Shown piece by piece: positions 60,382 to 64,000 of a DNA stretch of 64,000 bases. How positions within the stretch are numbered: position 1 is the first letter of the stretch; the number at the start of each line of letters is the position of its first letter. The notes beneath the pieces are model-generated. The model saw only the letters and a program-made list of their open reading frames with translations. It made no database searches and had not been told where the DNA came from. The translations under genes and the position numbers were made by a program. This stretch comes from an uncultured Acidobacteriota bacterium (GTDB taxonomy: Bacteria > Acidobacteriota > Thermoanaerobaculia > UBA5066 > DATFVB01): positions 832,001-896,000 of the forward strand of contig CAWEYG010000003.1 in NCBI GenBank assembly GCA_963813155.1, written 5' to 3'.

Positions 60382-61659
60382 TCAGACTTCCAGGCCGTAA
60401 CAGTCGGCGAGGATCTGAATCGGATGCCGGGGAGACACGCCCGCGCCCTGCGAGATCTGGAGCCCCGCCAGAGGACAATCCGTCGCGACGGCGTCGGCAG
60501 AAGTCTCCCGGAGTTTTTCGAAAAGCGGCTTGCCGATTTCCATGGACATCGGAAAGTACTCCGTTTTCATCGACCACGTGCCGTCGTGTCCCGAGCATTT
60601 CTCGATCGTTTCGACGTGGTTGCCCGGAACGAGTGCCAGGAGATCGCGCGACTTGAACCCGATGTCCTGCACCTTCAAGTGGCATGCCACGTGGTACGCG
60701 ATGCGGCCCGCCGCCTTCGGGAAGTCGGTCTCGAGCTTGCCCGCCGCGTGCCGTTTCATCAGATACTCGCTGAGATCGAGCGTCGCCCGGGAGAGGGCGT
60801 CCGCATCCGCGTCCTTTCCGAGAAGCGGATATTCCTTCTTGAGAGTGAGCGAGCAGGTCGGGCCGGTCGTGACGACCGGAATCCCCCGGCGGACGAAGGG
60901 CATCAGCGAATTCAGGTTCTCGCGGCGGTTCCCGCGAGCGGAGTCGAGATCGCCGGAATCGAGAAACGGCATTCCGCAGCATTTCTGAAACGGGACGATC
61001 ACTTCGACTCCGTTTTTTTCGAGGACTGCGACGGCGGCCTTGCCGATGTCGGGATTGTTGAAATTCACCGAGCACGTCGTGAACAGGACGACGGCGTCGT
61101 CGGTTTGCAGGTCCGAAAGCGACATCTTGCCGCCCCGGCCCGCCCACCATTTCTCGAAGGTCTCGCCGTGAAAGACAGGAAGAAGCCGGTCCCGATGCAC
61201 GCCGAGCGTCTTTTCCATGGCCCAGCGCAGCGGGGCGGTCCGATTCGCGAAATTGACGACCGGAGCGGCGAGGGATGCGAGCGAGCCCAGCGCGTCCGCG
61301 GAACCGAGCACCCGGTCGCGAACGGGAGGCCTGCCCTCGTTTCGAACCCGGGCGGCGCGATCCCGCAGGACGAGCCGCGGAATATCCACGTCCCACCGGT
61401 GGGGCGGATAGTACGGGCAGTGGGGAATGCAAAGCTTGCACTCGAAGCAGAGGTCCGTGAAGGCGTTCAGGTCCGCCTTCGGAACACGATCGATCTCGCC
61501 GTCGACTTCCGGCCGGTCGAGCGCGCGAAAGATCGTGTCGAACGAAGGGCAGAGGTTGTAGCACCGCCGGCACGTGTGGCAGATGTCCATGATCCGCCGG
61601 TACTCCTTCTCGAGCGCGGGAGGATCGGCGAAATCGCGGGCGGAAGGGTCGAACGTCAT
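60382..61659 (-). CDS. Rubrerythrin-associated Fe-S oxidoreductase (GlpC/HdrD-like, CCG domains)
   Basis: CHTCRRCYNLC, CFECKLCIPHCPY, CCGMP, CSGHDG and DCPLA; start at ATG 61659 with a GAGGA RBS. Confidence 0.9.
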   Translation of the reverse strand: MTFDPSARDFADPPALEKEYRRIMDICHTCRRCYNLCPSFDTIFRALDRPEVDGEIDRVPKADLNAFTDLCFECKLCIPHCPYYPPHRWDVDIPRLVLRDRAARVRNEGRPPVRDRVLGSADALGSLASLAAPVVNFANRTAPLRWAMEKTLGVHRDRLLPVFHGETFEKWWAGRGGKMSLSDLQTDDAVVLFTTCSVNFNNPDIGKAAVAVLEKNGVEVIVPFQKCCGMPFLDSGDLDSARGNRRENLNSLMPFVRRGIPVVTTGPTCSLTLKKEYPLLGKDADADALSRATLDLSEYLMKRHAAGKLETDFPKAAGRIAYHVACHLKVQDIGFKSRDLLALVPGNHVETIEKCSGHDGTWSMKTEYFPMSMEIGKPLFEKLRETSADAVATDCPLAGLQISQGAGVSPRHPIQILADCYGLEV

Positions 61660-61728
61660 GGGTGATTCCTCGCCTCGCGAGGGCGGCTGTCGCGAGCGAG
61701 CGGTCCACTCGGAAGGGGCGCGGAATCG

Positions 61729-61901
61729 CCGGCTGCGGGCGGCAACTGCTCGCAACGAGGGAATCGGCCCTTGTCTGGCTCGCTGTTCTCCGACTCGAAA
61801 CGAGGTTCCAGGAGCTCCGGGAACGCGGCCGAGCGGGAGCACAGCGATGCCGCGAGTTGCGATTCCCGAGCTGAGCGACTAGCCGCACGACGCGCCGCCG
61901 G
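61729..61901. repeat. Long imperfect intergenic hairpin, copy B
   Basis: Nested pairs GCGGC/GCCGC, GGGAATCG/CGATTCCC, TCGCTGTTCTCC/GGAGCACAGCGA and GTTCC/GGAAC around a central GGAGCTCC; end motifs shared with copy A. Confidence 0.75.
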
Positions 61902-61911
61902 TTCACCGAGT

Positions 61912-62336
61912 TCACGATTCCCGAGCGTGTCGAGCCCCTTCTGGAATCGTCCCGCGTGGGATTTTTCGGCTCGCGCGAGCGTCTCGAACCACTCGGCGAC
62001 CTCGGTGAACCCCTCTTCGCGGGCGGTCTTCGCGAAGCCCGGGTACATCTGCGTGTACTCGTACGTCTCCCCTTCGACGGCCGATTTCAGGTTCAATTTC
62101 GTGTCCCCGATCGGAAAATTCGTCGCCGGGTCTCCGACCTCCTTCAGGAAGTCAAGATGGCCGAACGCGTGGCCGGTTTCCGCCTCCGACGTGTCGCGAA
62201 AGAGCCCTCCGACGTCGGGGAATCCTTCGATGTCCGCTCGCCGCGCGAAGTACAGATAGCGGCGGTTCGCCTGCGACTCTCCGGCAAAGGCGTGCTTCAG
62301 GTTTTCGTGGGTCTTGGTGTTGACGAGTTTCGGCAT
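61912..62336 (-). CDS. rbr: Short-chain rubrerythrin (no rubredoxin domain); as sequenced the frame stays open to 61656
   Basis: [31 protein letters not shown] and AEKSHA; a TGA at 61912-61914 is one base out of frame just after the domain end. Confidence 0.9.
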
Positions 62337-62361
62337 TTTTCTTCTCCTTCTCGAAAAGCGG

Positions 62362-62775
62362 TCAGGCTTTTCGTTTGTTTCCGCATTTCGGACAGTATCC
62401 CCGGAATTCCAGCGTGTGTCCCGTGACGACGTAACCCCGCGACTCCACGAGCGGAGCGACCCTCGAATCGCCCCCTTCCGGCTTCGGGAGATCGGAGATG
62501 GAGCCGCATCCGAGACAGACGAAGTGGTAATGCTCCGATAAGTCCGCGTCGTAGCGCGTGGGCTTTCCCCAGGAATCGATCGCCCGAACTCGCCCCTCGC
62601 GTTCCAGCACCTGGAGGTTCCGGTAGACCGTCCCGAGGGAGACGTTCGAAAGCTGCTTCCTCGCTTCCGCGTAGATCCAGTCCGCCGTCGGGTGACGGCT
62701 CGTCGAAGCGACGATGCGAAAGACGATTTCGCGCTGCCGCGTTCGCCTCGTCGGTGCCGGGCCGGAATGTATCAT
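62362..62775 (-). CDS. perR: Fur-family regulator (PerR-like)
   Basis: HPTADWIY, SLGTVYRNL, HYHFVCLGC and GYCPKC; heads the rubrerythrin operon. Confidence 0.85.
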   Translation of the reverse strand: MIHSGPAPTRRTRQREIVFRIVASTSRHPTADWIYAEARKQLSNVSLGTVYRNLQVLEREGRVRAIDSWGKPTRYDADLSEHYHFVCLGCGSISDLPKPEGGDSRVAPLVESRGYVVTGHTLEFRGYCPKCGNKRKA

Positions 62776-62815
62776 ATCAGTAACTATTACTATTAATAAT
62801 CCACCCGATTGTCAA
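62776..62815 (-). promoter_or_regulatory. Promoter region with -35 TTGACA and a Fur/PerR-box-like palindrome
   Basis: TTGACA at 62815-62810 on the minus strand; AT-rich island with AGTAA-N3-TTACT at 62779-62791, just before the ATG. Confidence 0.7.
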
Positions 62816-63240
62816 GCGATTTCTTCCGGGCCGTTTGAGCCCGGAATCCGAACGTCGACCCAGACTTCGCGCGAGCGGGGACCGTCGAGCTCGAGAAGGA
62901 AGACTCCCTGCCATCGTCCGAAACGCGGCCGTCCTTCCTCCACGACGAGGATGCGCGAGGTCCCGATCACTTCCGAGAGGAAGTGGGCCGCCGAGTTTCC
63001 CTCCGAATGGCGGAACGGCACGTCGGGAACCCAATTCGCGAGCGCGCGTTCGAGGTCGCCCCCGACGTCCGGGTCCCAGTTCTCGCCCACGGTCACCGCC
63101 GCGGTCGTGTGGGGAACCGAGACCAGCACCCAGCCGGAACGGACTCCGAGCGACGCGATCGCGTTCGACACCTCTTTCGTGACGTCGATCCGGTGGATCT
63201 TCCGATCGCTTCGAATCGAGAACGTTCGACGCATCTCCAC
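62812..63240 (-). CDS. yjbQ: YjbQ/UPF0047 family protein
   Basis: VPHTTAAVTVGENWDPDV, HSEGNSAAH and GRWQGVFLLELDGPRSR. Confidence 0.92.
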   Translation of the reverse strand: MEMRRTFSIRSDRKIHRIDVTKEVSNAIASLGVRSGWVLVSVPHTTAAVTVGENWDPDVGGDLERALANWVPDVPFRHSEGNSAAHFLSEVIGTSRILVVEEGRPRFGRWQGVFLLELDGPRSREVWVDVRIPGSNGPEEIA

Positions 63241-63278
63241 TGCCGGAGTCTAACCGCGCTTTGATAAGCTTCGCTGCC

Positions 63279-64000
63279 GTGAAGCTCGCCCCGGCCCGCA
63301 TCCTCCTGGCTGCTTGCTGCCTCCTCCTCGGGTGCGGCCGAAACGTTACCCGCCCCAACGTGCTCCTCGTGACACTCGACACGACGCGCGCCGATCACAT
63401 GAGCTACGCGGGGGGCAGGCCGGGCCTTACCCCGAACCTCGACCGGCTCGCCCGACGCGGAACGTGGTTTTCGACGTGTGTCGCGACGGCGCCCCTCACC
63501 CTTCCCTCCCACGCGAGCATCCTCACTGGCCTCTATCCGTTCCACCACGGAGTCCGAAACAACGGCACCTACACGCTTTCGTCCTCGCACGCGACGCTCG
63601 CGCAGATTCTCCGGCAACACGGCTACGCGACGCACGCCGTGGTCTCCTCGTTCGTCCTCGACCACCAGTTCGGCTTGAACCAGGGCTTCGACGGATACGA
63701 CGACGACCTCGCCGGGGGACGAAAGGAAGAGGACTTCCTGTTCCAGGAAATCACAGCCGATCAAACCGCTTCCAAGGCGATCGCATGGCTTCCCACGCGC
63801 GATCGACGGCGACCATTTTTTCTCTGGCTTCATTTCTTCGATCCTCATGCTCCCTACCACCCCCCCGCCGACCTCTCCCCGGCCGTTGCCGGGGACCCGT
63901 ACTCGGGGGAAATCTTCTTCGCGGACCGCGAATTGGGACGCGTCCTGGAACGCCTTGCCGAGGACGGCGATCTTCGGCGCACGATCGTGATCGCCACCGC
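63279..64000 (+). CDS. Sulfatase-like hydrolase/transferase lipoprotein (truncated at the window end)
   Basis: Not in the ORF track. Manual translation gives a LLGC lipobox, PNVLLVTLDTTRADH, TPNLDRLA, PLTLPSHASILTGLYP and WLHFFDPHAPY. Confidence 0.88.
   Translation, partial: MKLAPARILLAACCLLLGCGRNVTRPNVLLVTLDTTRADHMSYAGGRPGLTPNLDRLARRGTWFSTCVATAPLTLPSHASILTGLYPFHHGVRNNGTYTLSSSHATLAQILRQHGYATHAVVSSFVLDHQFGLNQGFDGYDDDLAGGRKEEDFLFQEITADQTASKAIAWLPTRDRRRPFFLWLHFFDPHAPYHPPADLSPAVAGDPYSGEIFFADRELGRVLERLAEDGDLRRTIVIAT

Noticed and set aside
1-64000. tRNA, rRNA, CRISPR arrays, prophage or defence systems
   Set aside because: None recognisable by eye in this window.

Overview
GC-rich bacterial chromosomal segment; gene content and protein style suggest Acidobacteriota (Thermoanaerobaculia-like), which is an inference. 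From left to right it holds: (1) a surface-glycan locus at 1-19 kb (GT-C-type membrane protein, three GT2s sharing an extra Ig-like domain, two DegT/DnrJ aminotransferases, a methyltransferase, a GNAT/FemAB acyltransferase, multidomain GTs, wzm/wzt, wecB); (2) housekeeping genes (rhomboid, HU, rsmB, fmt, acyl-CoA dehydrogenase, ftsK, rnj, rsmA); (3) a MoxR-DUF58-BatABCD operon running into a GAF-GGDEF cyclase; (4) lat, maf, a hypothetical gene, a probable exported UxxC seleno-thioredoxin/TPR protein, ExeA/ExeB-like genes and a GT-C protein; (5) gdhA, thioesterase, GT2, radical SAM and acyltransferase; (6) S9 peptidase, PlsB-like acyltransferase, a DUF1579-like protein and a TrxB-like/4Fe-4S membrane fusion; (7) an IS30 element inserted inside a dRS3-like REP hairpin; (8) a PerR/Fur-rubrerythrin-FeS oxidoreductase-DUF3501-HD-GYP operon, yjbQ and a truncated sulfatase-like gene. 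Main leads: an in-frame TGA at the first Cys of a thioredoxin CxxC followed by a SECIS-like hairpin; two homologous ~175-nt intergenic long hairpins with conserved end motifs but unrelated, still-paired interiors; and an IS30 transposase that takes its stop codon from its REP target. Many single-base frameshifts in otherwise intact genes suggest long-read assembly indels.
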